Assembly (NCBI GenBank): GCA_963665325.3
Contig: CAXXWS020000002.1
Location: 1,274,694-1,338,693, forward strand
Length of the DNA stretch: 64,000 bases
Reading direction: 5' to 3'
Origin: Alphaproteobacteria bacterium
GTDB taxonomy: Bacteria; Pseudomonadota; Alphaproteobacteria; Bin95
Part shown: piece after piece, positions 10,423 to 20,973 of the stretch
Numbering within the stretch: position 1 is the first letter of the stretch
Layout of the letters: each line of letters starts with the position of its first letter
Notes under the pieces: generated by a model
What the model was told of the DNA's origin: nothing
What the model saw: the letters and a program-made list of their open reading frames with translations, nothing else
Database searches by the model: none
Made by a program: the position numbers and the translations under genes

Positions 10423-11076
10423 ATGAGCGAATATGCCGTCCAAAGGGCGAATATGGTGGAATGCCAGTTGCGTGCCGGCCGCGTCTCGAATTCGGCCTTG
10501 CTCGATGCGATGGGCGGTATTGCGCGCGAGGACTTCGCCCCGATAGCGTTGAAGCCCGTCGCGTATGTCGATGAAGACCTGCTGTTCGAAGGCCGCGTTA
10601 TGGTCGAGCCGATGGTATTCGCGCGCCTGTTGCAATCCGCCGAGCCCGGCCCGGATGACTATGTCCTCGACGTCGGTCCGGGCCTTGGTTACTCGAGCGC
10701 TGTCCTGGGCCGGGTTGCGAGCGCCGTTGTGGCTCTGGAGAGTGACGGGGACCTGGCGGAACGTGCGCGGAAGGCGTTGGCGGCGGCCGACAGCGATAAT
10801 GTCGTGGTGGTCGAAGGACCGCTGGAAGCCGGCTATGCGGAGGAAGCGCCGTTTAATCTCATCGTCATCGAGGGCGCCGTCGCGGCAGTTCCGCCGGCGC
10901 TTGTCGACCAGCTGGCGGAAGGCGGACGGCTGGCGGCGGTCGTGCGGTCGGGCAGCGGCCTCGGGCATGCTACGATCTTTTCGAAGCGGGGCGGCGTGGT
11001 TTCCTCCCGCACCGTCTTCGATGCCGGCACCCCCTATGTTGCGGGCTTCGAGCCCAGGCAGGAGTTCGTGTTTTGA
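10423..11076 (+). CDS. pcm: protein-L-isoaspartate O-methyltransferase family protein
   Basis: RANMVECQLR, VLDVGPGLGYSSAVL, QLAEGGRL, ends FVF; pcm-tolC-popZ-valS synteny. Confidence 0.88.
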   Translation: MSEYAVQRANMVECQLRAGRVSNSALLDAMGGIAREDFAPIALKPVAYVDEDLLFEGRVMVEPMVFARLLQSAEPGPDDYVLDVGPGLGYSSAVLGRVASAVVALESDGDLAERARKALAAADSDNVVVVEGPLEAGYAEEAPFNLIVIEGAVAAVPPALVDQLAEGGRLAAVVRSGSGLGHATIFSKRGGVVSSRTVFDAGTPYVAGFEPRQEFVF

Positions 11077-12479
11077 AGGTTCGACGGTTCCGGCGTGCGT
11101 GTCTTCCGGCCGTGGCGGCGCTTGCGCTCGTTCTGCCTGCGGCTGCCTCGGGCGGTACGTTGCTGGAGGCGATGGCGAAGGCCTATGTCGCGAACCCGCA
11201 GCTGGAAGCCGAGCGTGCGCGCCTGCGCGCCACCGACGAAGGCGTACCCCAGGCGCTTTCCGGCTGGCGGCCGACCGTAACGGCCAGAGGCAGCGTCGGC
11301 TACGGGAGATACAACAGCAAGAGGCGTCAACCCGTAACGGGCTTTGACGAAAGCACCGAATCGCGGAATCCGTCGAGCATCCGTCTCGAAGCGACGCAGC
11401 CGCTCTATGAAGGGGACCGGAGGACGGCGAGATTGCGGGCGGCCAAGCACCGCGTTTCGGCCCAGCGGGCGCGGCTTCTTGCGGTCGAGCAGACCGTTTT
11501 CCTCAATACGGGCTTGGCTTTTATGGACGTGGTCCACGATCAGGCCGTGGTCGAGCTGACCGTCAACAATGTCAGTGTGCTGCAACGGCGCCTCCAGGCG
11601 GCGCGGGACCAGTTCGAGGTCGGCGAGGTTACGCGCACCGACGTGGCGCAGGCGGAGGCGCGCCTCGCGCGAGCCATCGCCGAGCGCGTGTCCGCCGAAG
11701 GCCGGCTGGAAACCTCGCGCGCCAACTATCAGCGTGTCGTCGGCGAGCTTCCGGCCCGGCTCGACGCGCCGCCGCCGCTCGCCGCCCTGCCGCAGACGAA
11801 GGAAGAGGCGGTCGAGGCCGCATCGCGGGATAATCCGGAGGTGGCGGCGGCCTCTTTCGACGAGCGCGCGGCGCTGGACGACGCAGAGGCGATCCGGAGC
11901 GAATTGCTGCCGAGGGTGAACCTGGTCGGGACCGTCTCGCATGCAGCCGATGCCAGCGGGCGCGGCACCCGGAACAACGATGTGACGGTCGCGGCCACGG
12001 TTTCGGTGCCGCTCTACGAAGCCGGCAACATTACCTCCCGCCGGCGCGCGGCCATCGAAACCGCTTCGCGCATGCGCGCCGTGACCGAAGACCGCCGTCG
12101 CGTCGCAATCGAACAGGCGGTTCGAGCATGGGAGAGCCTTACATCCGCGCAGGCCCGACTGGAGTCGCTGATCACGGAGGTAAGGGCGTCCGAGATTGCG
12201 CTAGACGGCCTGCAACAGGAAGCCGAGGTCGGCACCCGGACGCTGCTCGACGTCCTGGACGCGGAACAGGACCTGCTCGATGCCCGCGTCAATGTCGTGC
12301 GTACGAAACAGGCGGAAGCCGTCGCCAGCTACCAGCTGGCTGCGGCGGCGGGGCGCCTGACGGTGGAAATCCAGCAGGTGCCGGTGGCGCCATACGATTT
12401 CCAGGCGAACTATGACCGCGTTCGGACCCTTCGGTGGGACCCGGGCGCGATATTCGGCGGAGGTCGGAAAAATGAGTGA
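11073..12479 (+). CDS. tolC: TolC-family outer membrane protein
   Basis: signal peptide, NPQLEAERARLRATDEGVPQALSGWRP, FEVGEVTRTDVAQAEARL, GTRTLLDVLDAEQ. Confidence 0.92.
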   Translation: MKVRRFRRACLPAVAALALVLPAAASGGTLLEAMAKAYVANPQLEAERARLRATDEGVPQALSGWRPTVTARGSVGYGRYNSKRRQPVTGFDESTESRNPSSIRLEATQPLYEGDRRTARLRAAKHRVSAQRARLLAVEQTVFLNTGLAFMDVVHDQAVVELTVNNVSVLQRRLQAARDQFEVGEVTRTDVAQAEARLARAIAERVSAEGRLETSRANYQRVVGELPARLDAPPPLAALPQTKEEAVEAASRDNPEVAAASFDERAALDDAEAIRSELLPRVNLVGTVSHAADASGRGTRNNDVTVAATVSVPLYEAGNITSRRRAAIETASRMRAVTEDRRRVAIEQAVRAWESLTSAQARLESLITEVRASEIALDGLQQEAEVGTRTLLDVLDAEQDLLDARVNVVRTKQAEAVASYQLAAAAGRLTVEIQQVPVAPYDFQANYDRVRTLRWDPGAIFGGGRKNE

Positions 12480-12921
12480 GCCTGCAGGCGGCGCCGGACG
12501 CGGCGAGGACGAGCGGACCATGGAGGAGATCATGGCAACCATTGGCAAAGCCGTCTCGGACGAAAGCGGAGTCGAAAAGCCTGCGGAGCTGGAGGCGGAC
12601 GCTGAAGACGACATTCTCGAACTCGTGGACGAAGTGCCGCCGGAAGAGGATGCCGACGCAGGCGCCGGGGAGGAGTTGATCTCCACGTCCGTTGCGGCCG
12701 CTTCGGCGGAGGCGTTTGCAGGCCTGGCCAAGGCGGTCGAGCAGGGTGAGTCCGATGCGCGGCGGCTGCCGGTGCGCGAGGGCGGCGAGACCATAGAAGA
12801 CATGGTCCGCGCCATGCTGAAGCCGATGCTCAACGAATGGCTCGACACGCACTTGCCCGGCATCGTTGAGCGTCTGGTCGAAGAAGAGATTCAGCGCCTG
12901 TCGCGGTCCGGCCGGCGCTGA
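12472..12921 (+). CDS. popZ: PopZ-like polar organizing protein (DUF2497)
   Basis: N-terminal TMEEIMATI, acidic linker, C-terminal [37 protein letters not shown]; between tolC and valS. Confidence 0.85.
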   Translation: MSEPAGGAGRGEDERTMEEIMATIGKAVSDESGVEKPAELEADAEDDILELVDEVPPEEDADAGAGEELISTSVAAASAEAFAGLAKAVEQGESDARRLPVREGGETIEDMVRAMLKPMLNEWLDTHLPGIVERLVEEEIQRLSRSGRR

Positions 12922-12956
12922 CAGCGCTTTTCCCCGTCCGACAAAACGGATTCCCC

Positions 12957-15578
12957 ATGCTGGAGAAGACCTACCGTTCCGACGCGGTGGAAGCGCCGCG
13001 CTATGACGCCTGGGAGCGCGCCGGCGCCTTTGCCGCGGGCGTGAAGACACGCGCCGAGCCCTACACGATCATGATGCCGCCGCCGAATGTGACCGGCAGC
13101 CTGCATATGGGCCACGGCCTGACCTTCACGCTCCAGGACATCCTGATCCGCTATCACCGCATGAGGGGCCGGGACGCGCTCTGGCAGCCCGGCACGGACC
13201 ATGCCGGGATCGCGACGCAGATGGTGGTGGAGCGCCAGCTCGACGGGGAAGGGCTCAGGCGGACCGATCTCGGACGGGAGAAGTTCGTGGACCGGGTGTG
13301 GGAGTGGAAGGCGGAGTCGGGCGGGCAGATTACCCGCCAGCTGCGCTCGCTCGGCGCGTCCGCCGACTGGGCGCGCGAGCGTTTCACGATGGACGAGGGC
13401 CTGTCGAAAGCGGTCGCAAGGGTCTTCGTGCAGCTCTACCGGGAGGGCCTGATCTACAAGGACCAGCGGCTGGTGAACTGGGACCCGGCGCTGGAGACCG
13501 CGATTTCCGACCTTGAGGTGCAGCCGACCGAGACCGACGGCCACCTCTGGTACATCCGCTATCCCGTCGAAGGCAGGGACGGCGAGAGCCTTGTCGTCGC
13601 CACGACGCGGCCGGAGACGATGCTGGGCGACACGGGCGTGGCCGTCCATCCGGACGACCCGCGCTACCGGCACCTGGTCGGCGGCCACTGCATCCTGCCA
13701 CTGGTGGGCCGCCGGATTCCCATCGTGGCCGACGCCCATGCCGACCCGGAACAGGGCTCGGGCGCGGTCAAGATCACGCCGGCGCACGACTTCAACGACT
13801 TCGAGGTCGGGCGGCGGCACGCGCTGGAGACCGTCAACATCCTCGACCGGACGGCGCACCTGATCGACTCCGTGCCGGAGGCCTATCGCGGCCTGGAGCG
13901 CTTCGCCGCACGGGAGCGCGTGGTCGCCGATCTTGAGGCGGCGGGGGTGCTGGAGCGCGTGGAGCGCCACCGCCACACGGTTCCCTATGGCGATCGCGGC
14001 GGCGTGCCGATCGAGCCCTATCTGACGGAACAGTGGTACGCCGATGCCGAGACGCTGGCGAAACCGGCGATCGAGGCGGTCGAGACCGGACGCACGCGCT
14101 TCGTGCCGGAGAACTGGGCCAAGACCTATTTCGAGTGGATGCGCAACATCCAGCCCTGGTGCATCTCGCGGCAGCTCTGGTGGGGGCACCGGATTCCGGC
14201 CTGGTACGGTCCGGAAGGTTCGGTGTTCGTCGCCGAGACTGAAGCGGAGGCGAGGGCGGAGGCCGAGGCGCGCTTCGGGTCGGGCGTGGAATTGCAACGC
14301 GACCCGGATGTGCTCGACACCTGGTTCTCATCCGCGCTCTGGCCGTTCTCGACGCTGGGTTGGCCCGAACCCGTGCCGGAGCTCGACCGCTACTATCCGG
14401 GCGACGTGCTGGTGACGGGCTTCGACATCATCTTCTTCTGGGTCGCCCGGATGATGATGATGGGCCTGCATTTCATGGGCGATGTGCCGTTCCGCACCGT
14501 CTATATCCATGCGCTCGTGCGCGACCAGCAGGGCGCCAAGATGTCCAAGTCGAAGGGCAATATCATCGACCCTCTGGACATGTGCGCGAGCTACGGGGCC
14601 GATGCGCTGCGGTTCACGCTGGCCGCGCTCGCTGCGCCGGGCCGCGACATAAAGCTCTCCGAAAGCCGCGTCGCGGGCTACCGCAATTTCACCACCAAGC
14701 TCTGGAACGCCGCGCGCTTCTGCGAGATGAACGGCTGCGCGCCCCGGCCAGGCTTCGATCCCATGGCGGTTGAGGAAACCCTGAACCGCTGGATCGTCGC
14801 CCGCACCGTCGAGACGCGCCGGCAGGTGGAGTCGGCGATGGACGCTTACCGCTTCAACGAGGTGGCGGATGTCCTCTACCGCTTCGTCTGGGGTGAGTTC
14901 TGCGACTGGTTCATCGAGTTCGCCAAGCCGGTATTTGCAGAAGGCGGCAAGGCTGCGGAAGAAACGCGGGCCGCCGCTGCATGGGTGCTGGACCGCATAT
15001 TGCGGATGCTGCACCCGCTGACGCCGTTCGTGACCGAGGAGTTGAACGAGGCGCTCGGGCTGGTCGAGGGCGGGCTGATCGGCGCGGCTTGGCCCGACGA
15101 CGAGGCCGGGGAGGCGCCAGCCGAGATCGACTGGGCCATATTGCTGATTTCCGAGGTTCGCCGGGTTCGGTCCGAACTCAATGTCCCGGCGGGCGCGAAG
15201 ATCGATGCCGTGCTTGTCGGCGCTGATGGCGAAGTTGCCGCCCGCGCAACACGCAACGAACCGCAGATCCTGCGCCTGGCGCGGCTGGAAAGCCTGAGTG
15301 CGGGAACGGCGCCGGCGGGTTCGGTCGAGGTGGCGCTGCCCGGCGCATCTGTTGCGCTCAAGCTTGCCGAGGTGATCGATTTCGGCAAGGAGCGCGAGCG
15401 CCTGGACCGGGAAATGGCGCAGTTGGATTCCAGAATCTCCGGCATCGACAAGAAGCTCTCCAATGAGCGCTTCCTGACCCGCGCCCCGGCGGAGGTGGTC
15501 GAGGACCAGAGGGAGCAGCGCGACGAACTCGCCGGCCGGCGCACAGCTCTGGAAGGGGCACTCGCCCGGCTCGGCTGA
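12957..15578 (+). CDS. valS: valine--tRNA ligase
   Basis: [39 protein letters not shown]-terminal coiled coil. Confidence 0.98.
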   Translation: MLEKTYRSDAVEAPRYDAWERAGAFAAGVKTRAEPYTIMMPPPNVTGSLHMGHGLTFTLQDILIRYHRMRGRDALWQPGTDHAGIATQMVVERQLDGEGLRRTDLGREKFVDRVWEWKAESGGQITRQLRSLGASADWARERFTMDEGLSKAVARVFVQLYREGLIYKDQRLVNWDPALETAISDLEVQPTETDGHLWYIRYPVEGRDGESLVVATTRPETMLGDTGVAVHPDDPRYRHLVGGHCILPLVGRRIPIVADAHADPEQGSGAVKITPAHDFNDFEVGRRHALETVNILDRTAHLIDSVPEAYRGLERFAARERVVADLEAAGVLERVERHRHTVPYGDRGGVPIEPYLTEQWYADAETLAKPAIEAVETGRTRFVPENWAKTYFEWMRNIQPWCISRQLWWGHRIPAWYGPEGSVFVAETEAEARAEAEARFGSGVELQRDPDVLDTWFSSALWPFSTLGWPEPVPELDRYYPGDVLVTGFDIIFFWVARMMMMGLHFMGDVPFRTVYIHALVRDQQGAKMSKSKGNIIDPLDMCASYGADALRFTLAALAAPGRDIKLSESRVAGYRNFTTKLWNAARFCEMNGCAPRPGFDPMAVEETLNRWIVARTVETRRQVESAMDAYRFNEVADVLYRFVWGEFCDWFIEFAKPVFAEGGKAAEETRAAAAWVLDRILRMLHPLTPFVTEELNEALGLVEGGLIGAAWPDDEAGEAPAEIDWAILLISEVRRVRSELNVPAGAKIDAVLVGADGEVAARATRNEPQILRLARLESLSAGTAPAGSVEVALPGASVALKLAEVIDFGKERERLDREMAQLDSRISGIDKKLSNERFLTRAPAEVVEDQREQRDELAGRRTALEGALARLG

Positions 15579-15581
15579 CGC

Positions 15582-16742
15582 CTATCCCTCTTTCCGGAAC
15601 GGCGCGAAGTCCGCGAGGAACTCGATTTCCTCGCCGACGGCATCCCGCTCGCGTTCGAGATAGTCGGCGACCGCGCGCCGGAAATTGCGGTCGGCGATCC
15701 AGTGCGCGCTGTAGGTCTCGACGGGGACGTAGCCGCGCTGGATCTTGTGCTGGCCCTGCGCGCCGGCCTCGACCCGGGCCAGGCCCTCGCGGATCGCATA
15801 GTCGATGGCCTGGTAGTAGCAGGCCTCGAAATGCAGGAAGCGGAAGCGCGTGTCGCAGCCCCAATTGCGGCCGTAGAGCGTATCGGCGCCCCGCATGTTG
15901 AGGGCGCCGCAAACGATCCGTCCCTCGCGCCGGCCGACGATCAACACCGTCCTGTCGGCCATCGTCTCGTGCAGCCGGAAGAAGAAATCGCGCGTGAGAT
16001 AGGCGCCGCCCCATTTCCGGTCCACGGTATTGCGGTAGAAGCGGAAGAACGTGTCCCAGTGGTGTTCTTGGAGATCGTCGCCGGTGAGCGCCTCGAAGGT
16101 GAGGCCCCATTCCTCCAGCTTCCGACGCTCCTTGCGGATGGTCTTGCGCTTGCGCGAGTTCAGCGCGTTCAGGAAGTCGTCGAAGGTCCCGTAGCCGTCA
16201 TTGTACCAGTGATATTGCTGGCCGAGGCGCTTCAGGAAGCCGAATTCGCCCAGATAGTCCCATTCTTCCTCCGGCAGGAAGTTCACATGGACCGAGGACA
16301 CGCCGGCCCGCCTGCCGACCTCCACCATGGCCGAGGCGAGCGCCGCACGCGCCTGTTCGGCGAAAGTGCCGGGGCGCACCAGAAGGCGTGGACCCGGCAC
16401 TGGCGAGAACGGTACGGCGCTCAGCAGCTTCGGGTAGTAGTGGCCGCCGGCGCGCTCATAGGCATGCGCCCAGCCATGGTCGAAGACATATTCCCCGTAG
16501 CTGTCGCCGCGCATGTAGAAGGGAGTGACGCCCGAAACCTGGCCCGCCTCGTCCTCGACGACGAGATGTTGCGGCGCCCAGCCGGTGTCGGACCCGACAG
16601 CGCCGCCGTCTTCGAGCGCCTTCAGGAAGGCATGCGAAACGAACGGATTGCCGTCTCCGGCGCAGGCGTCCCAGTCCTCGGCGGAAACGGCGTCAACGCC
16701 CGACGCGATACGAACGGAGATCGGTTCCTTGCCGTCGGGCAC
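15582..16742 (-). CDS. GNAT/FemAB-like protein (DUF482 type)
   Basis: SYGEYVFDHGWA, YYPKL...PFSPVPGPR, LYGRNWG, LHFEACYYQAI, EAGAQGQHKIQRGY. Confidence 0.88.
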   Translation of the reverse strand: MPDGKEPISVRIASGVDAVSAEDWDACAGDGNPFVSHAFLKALEDGGAVGSDTGWAPQHLVVEDEAGQVSGVTPFYMRGDSYGEYVFDHGWAHAYERAGGHYYPKLLSAVPFSPVPGPRLLVRPGTFAEQARAALASAMVEVGRRAGVSSVHVNFLPEEEWDYLGEFGFLKRLGQQYHWYNDGYGTFDDFLNALNSRKRKTIRKERRKLEEWGLTFEALTGDDLQEHHWDTFFRFYRNTVDRKWGGAYLTRDFFFRLHETMADRTVLIVGRREGRIVCGALNMRGADTLYGRNWGCDTRFRFLHFEACYYQAIDYAIREGLARVEAGAQGQHKIQRGYVPVETYSAHWIADRNFRRAVADYLERERDAVGEEIEFLADFAPFRKEG

Positions 16743-16747
16743 GGGCT

Positions 16748-17212
16748 TCAGTCGATCTCGAACACGGCATCGACCTCGACTGCGAAGCCCATCGGCAATG
16801 CAGGCGCGCCGACGGCGAAGCGGGCGTGGCGGCCCTTGTCGCCGAAGATTTCGACGATGAGGTCCGAGGCGCCGTTCACGACCTGGGGATGCTGGACGAA
16901 ATCCGGCGTGCCGTTGACGAAGCCGCCGAGCTTGACGACCCGAACCACACGGTCGAGGTCGCCGCCGCAGCCGGCCTTGGCCTGCGCGATGAGGTTGAGC
17001 GCGCAGGCCCTCGCGGCCGCAACGCCTTCCTCGAGGCCGAGATCGTCTCCGAGGCGGCCCTTGTGGACGCCCTGGTTATTGCCCGAAACCTGTCCCGCCA
17101 CGAAGAGCAGGTTGCCGCTCCTGACCCAGGGCACGTAGTTGGCGGCGGGCGCGGGCGCCTCGGGCAGTTCTATGCCGAGTTCGGCGAGGCGGGCGTCGAT
17201 CTTTCCGGCCAT
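16748..17212 (-). CDS. RidA/YjgF-family protein
   Basis: LPEAPAPAANYVP, VVNGASDL, GRHARFAVG...LP; start ATG 17212. Confidence 0.9.
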   Translation of the reverse strand: MAGKIDARLAELGIELPEAPAPAANYVPWVRSGNLLFVAGQVSGNNQGVHKGRLGDDLGLEEGVAAARACALNLIAQAKAGCGGDLDRVVRVVKLGGFVNGTPDFVQHPQVVNGASDLIVEIFGDKGRHARFAVGAPALPMGFAVEVDAVFEID

Positions 17213-17241
17213 GAACGGGACTCCGTATGGGGGCTTGGGGG

Positions 17242-18633
17242 TCAGGAGGCCGGCGCCGGCCTCGGGTCGATAGCCGGCAGCGCGCCGACCGCGGCTTCGA
17301 TGAGGCGCCCGGCGGCAATCGCCATGTCCTCGCGCCGCGTCGGGGCCACGATCTGGAGCCCGGCGGGCATGCCTCCCGGCGTGAGGCCGGCCGGGATCGC
17401 GAGGATCGGGCAGGAGGTCAGCACCGTGCCCCAGCATTGCTGGAACCAGGGCGGCGGCGCTTCGGACCATTCGTCCACCCGGGCGCCGCGTTCCTCGACA
17501 GAAAAGGCCGTGCAGCAGACTGTCGGCATGACGATTACATCGACCTGTTCGAAGGCGTCGGACAGCCGCTGGAAGACGGCCGCGCGCTCTCGTTCGGCCC
17601 AAATGAAATCCTCGGCTGTGAGTCCCTGCGCAAAGTCGAGCAGCAGACCCAGCACGCGCTCCAGGCTTTCCCGGTTTTCGGCGATGAAGTCCGCGCGCTC
17701 GATCAAGGTGTTGTGCCCGATCATTACCGAGAACAGGCGAGACATGTCGCCGAAATCGAGCGCGATGGGTTCCACCGGGACATCCAGCTTCGCGAGCGCG
17801 GCCTCGACGACGGCGGCTACGTCCGGCTCGACGCCGCCCAGGCCGATATCCGCGACATAGCCGATCCGGGAGGGCCGCTTGCCCGCCGTGCGGAACGAGG
17901 CGGCGGGATCGGGAAGGCTCAGGGGATCGCTTGCCAGGTGGCCCGACATGGCGTCGAGGAAGAGGGCGATATCGCCCACCGAGCGCGCCATCGGACCCTG
18001 CACCGACATCGGGTTGAAGCAGCGGTGGGAATGGGTGCGTGGCACCCGTCCGGGGCTCGGGCGCAGGCCGCAGACGCCTGCGAAAGCGGCCGGGATGCGC
18101 AGACTGCCCCCGATATCCGAGCCGTGCGCAAGCGCCACCTCGCCCGCCGCCAGCGCCGCAGACGCGCCGCCCGACGAGCCTCCCGGCGTCGTTTCGAGGT
18201 TCCACGGGTTGCGCGTGTGGCCGAAGACACGGTTCGTCGTCACCGGCATCATGCCCATTTCGGGCGAGTTCGATTTGGCGACGACGATGCCGCCGCGCGC
18301 CTCCAGCCGGGTCACGAGCGGGTCGGACCTGTCCGCCACATTGTCGGCATAGAGCGGGCAGCCATAGGTGGTGCGCATGCCCTCGACGTCGATCAGGTCC
18401 TTGATGGCGATCGGCAGGCCGGCGAGCAGGCCCCGGTCGCCGGGTGCAATGTCCTGCATCCGCCTCGCTTCGTCGCGAGCGCGGTCGAATCGATGCAGCG
18501 GCAGCGCGTTCACCGCCCCGTCCACGGCCTCGATGCGGGCTATGGATGCGTCCACAAGCTCCAGCGGCGACACTTCGCCCGCCGTCAGCCGGCGAACCGC
18601 CTCCTCCGCAGACAGCTCCCAGAGTTCGGCCAT
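17242..18633 (-). CDS. amidase signature family protein
   Basis: GLPIAIKD, TPGGSSGG, GSDIGGSLRIPA; start MAELWELS at 18633. Confidence 0.9.
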   Translation of the reverse strand: MAELWELSAEEAVRRLTAGEVSPLELVDASIARIEAVDGAVNALPLHRFDRARDEARRMQDIAPGDRGLLAGLPIAIKDLIDVEGMRTTYGCPLYADNVADRSDPLVTRLEARGGIVVAKSNSPEMGMMPVTTNRVFGHTRNPWNLETTPGGSSGGASAALAAGEVALAHGSDIGGSLRIPAAFAGVCGLRPSPGRVPRTHSHRCFNPMSVQGPMARSVGDIALFLDAMSGHLASDPLSLPDPAASFRTAGKRPSRIGYVADIGLGGVEPDVAAVVEAALAKLDVPVEPIALDFGDMSRLFSVMIGHNTLIERADFIAENRESLERVLGLLLDFAQGLTAEDFIWAERERAAVFQRLSDAFEQVDVIVMPTVCCTAFSVEERGARVDEWSEAPPPWFQQCWGTVLTSCPILAIPAGLTPGGMPAGLQIVAPTRREDMAIAAGRLIEAAVGALPAIDPRPAPAS

Positions 18634-18687
18634 GGGACTCTCCCCTCGCAAGGCCGCTACTATAGCCCGAAAGCGGGAGGGAGGAAC

Positions 18688-20871
18688 GTGGCAGGCAGGC
18701 GCGAGGATGCCCGGCTCATCACCGGGCGGGGCCGCTATCTGGATGACATCGAGGTTCCGGGAGCGCTCTGGGCGGCGTTCCTGCGCAGTCCGCATGCCCA
18801 CGCCCGGATCCGGGCGGTGCAAGGCAACGGGGTCGAAGTCTTCACGGCGGCGGACATTCCGGAGCTAGAGGGACTCCGGCCCTACCAGCCCGCGAACATG
18901 CAGACGGGCGAACCCTTTGACTGGGAACCGCAACCCCTGCTGGCGCGGGACGTCGCGAGCTATGCGGGCCAGCCGGTCGCGTTCGTGACCGGCCGGACGC
19001 CGGAGGAGGCGCTGGATGCGGCGGACCGGGTGCAGGTCGTCTATGAGGCGCTGGACCTGGAGCCGGAGAAGACTTGTATCGACTGGCGGACCGGAGATGC
19101 GGCCGCCGTCGAGGAGGCCTTTTCGCACGCGGCCCACAGGGTCGGGATCGCGCTCCTGAACCATCGCGTGGTCATCAACCCTATGGAGCCGCGCGGTGCC
19201 TGCGCATCTTACGATCCGGCCGACGGGCGCTATACGCTCAGGCTCTCCAGCCAGAACCTGCACGTCAATCGCGACCATGCGGCGATGTGCCTGGGCGTGG
19301 AGCCGGCACGGGTGCGCTTCATTGCAGAGGATGTAGGCGGCGGGTTCGGCGTCAAGAATTTCGCCTATCCCGAGCATGTGCTGCTGCTCTGGGCCGCGCG
19401 CCGGCTGGGCTGTCCGGTGCGCTGGACGGCGACGCGATCCGAGATCTTCCTGAGCGACCACCAGTGCCGGGGCCAGCGCGCCGAAGCCGAGCTGGCACTG
19501 GATGGGGAAGGGCACTTCCTCGCGCTCAGCGTATCGAGCACGGCCAATGTCGGCGCCTGGCTCGGCAATGTCGCGGGCGGCGTGCAGACGGGGCAATTCG
19601 TCCATCTGGCAGGCACGGTCTACGCCATTCCGGCGGTCAGCCTGCATATCCGCGCGGCGCTGACCCACACGCCGCCCGAAGGCGTGACTCGCGGGCCGGG
19701 CTTCGCCGAAATGGTGAACATCCTCGAACGCCTGATCGACAAGGCGGCGGCCGAAACCGGTATGACTCGGGAAGAGCTTCGCCGGCGAAATCTCGTATCC
19801 CGCCTGCCGATGACCAATGCGCTCGGCTTCACCGTGGACAGCGGCGCGTTCACCGAGGCATTTGCGCTGGCGGAGCGACAGGCCGAAGGGTTTGAAGAAC
19901 GGCGCCGGCAAAGCGAGGTGGAAGGCCGGCTCCGGGGCCTGGGCTTCGCCTGCCACATCAAGGCCACCGGCGGTTTCCCGGAGGAGAATGTCGAACTGCG
20001 CTTCCACGAGGACGGCCGCATCGACCTTGTGACCGGCACACAGCATATCGGCCAGGGACACGAAACCACCTTCCCGGAAATCGCGGCCCGCTGCCTCGAC
20101 CTGCCGAGCGACGGCATCCGGCTCGTCCAGGGCGACACGGACGAGATCGCCATGGGAGGCGGCCACGGCTCCTCGCGTGCGACCTACATGGCCGGCACGG
20201 CGATTTTCCGTGCGAGCGAGATCGTCATCGAGAAGGGGCGGGCGCTGGCGGCGGACCGGCTGGAGGCGGCGGAAGCGGATATCGAATACGAAGCGGGCGG
20301 TTTCCGGGTCGCCGGCACCGACCGGGCGGTCGGCCTGTTCGAACTCGCCGGAGACGGCGCGCTAGACACTTACTACCACTGGGCGCGGGAGTGGATGACC
20401 TTCCCGAACGGCACCCATCTGGCGGAAGTCGAGATCGACCCGGAGACGGGTGCCGTACGCCTGGTGCGTTACGCCGCCTTCGACGACTATGGCGAGCATA
20501 TCGACGACGCCATCGTCGCCGGACAGGTGCACGGCGCCATCGCGCAGGGCGTCGGCCAGGCGCTGCTGGAGGAAGCGGTGTTCGAGGCGGAGTCGGGCCA
20601 GCCGCTGACCGGCTCGTTCATGGACTACGCGATGCCGCGCGCCGACGACCTGCCGTCCTTCGATGTCGCGTTCACGCCCACGCGGTGCACGACCAATCCG
20701 CTGGGCGTAAAGGGCTGCGGGGAGGCCGGCGCCGTCGCCGGTTATCCCGCCGTCACCAACGCCATTCTCGATGCGCTGGCGCCGCTCGGCGTAAGGAACT
20801 TCGACGGCGCAGCGACGCCGTTCCGCATTTGGGAAGCGATCCGCAGGGCAGAGGAAAAAATGCGGCTGTGA
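18688..20871 (+). CDS. xanthine dehydrogenase-family molybdopterin-binding subunit (CoxL/CutL-like)
   Basis: RREDARLITGRGRYLDD, LRSPHAHARI, DVGGGFG, GQGHETT, GQVHGAIAQGVGQAL, GVKGCGEAG; GTG start after GGAGG. Confidence 0.9.
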   Translation: MAGRREDARLITGRGRYLDDIEVPGALWAAFLRSPHAHARIRAVQGNGVEVFTAADIPELEGLRPYQPANMQTGEPFDWEPQPLLARDVASYAGQPVAFVTGRTPEEALDAADRVQVVYEALDLEPEKTCIDWRTGDAAAVEEAFSHAAHRVGIALLNHRVVINPMEPRGACASYDPADGRYTLRLSSQNLHVNRDHAAMCLGVEPARVRFIAEDVGGGFGVKNFAYPEHVLLLWAARRLGCPVRWTATRSEIFLSDHQCRGQRAEAELALDGEGHFLALSVSSTANVGAWLGNVAGGVQTGQFVHLAGTVYAIPAVSLHIRAALTHTPPEGVTRGPGFAEMVNILERLIDKAAAETGMTREELRRRNLVSRLPMTNALGFTVDSGAFTEAFALAERQAEGFEERRRQSEVEGRLRGLGFACHIKATGGFPEENVELRFHEDGRIDLVTGTQHIGQGHETTFPEIAARCLDLPSDGIRLVQGDTDEIAMGGGHGSSRATYMAGTAIFRASEIVIEKGRALAADRLEAAEADIEYEAGGFRVAGTDRAVGLFELAGDGALDTYYHWAREWMTFPNGTHLAEVEIDPETGAVRLVRYAAFDDYGEHIDDAIVAGQVHGAIAQGVGQALLEEAVFEAESGQPLTGSFMDYAMPRADDLPSFDVAFTPTRCTTNPLGVKGCGEAGAVAGYPAVTNAILDALAPLGVRNFDGAATPFRIWEAIRRAEEKMRL

Positions 20872-20973
20872 ACCGGTTTATGCGGCGGTTGGGCCTGTTC
20901 TACTCGACCGCGTTCGATTATTGTGCCCGCGGTTGCGCAAGATGCCGGCCGGTCCACAGGAGAGTCTGGCGAT

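Noticed and set aside
17227-20871. 1214-aa ORF as a giant fusion protein
   Set aside because: The first ~490 codons are the antisense shadow of the amidase; XDH-family similarity begins at GTG 18688, which has an RBS
18688-20871. Aerobic CO dehydrogenase coxL
   Set aside because: Lacks the AYxCSFR signature and adjacent coxM/coxS
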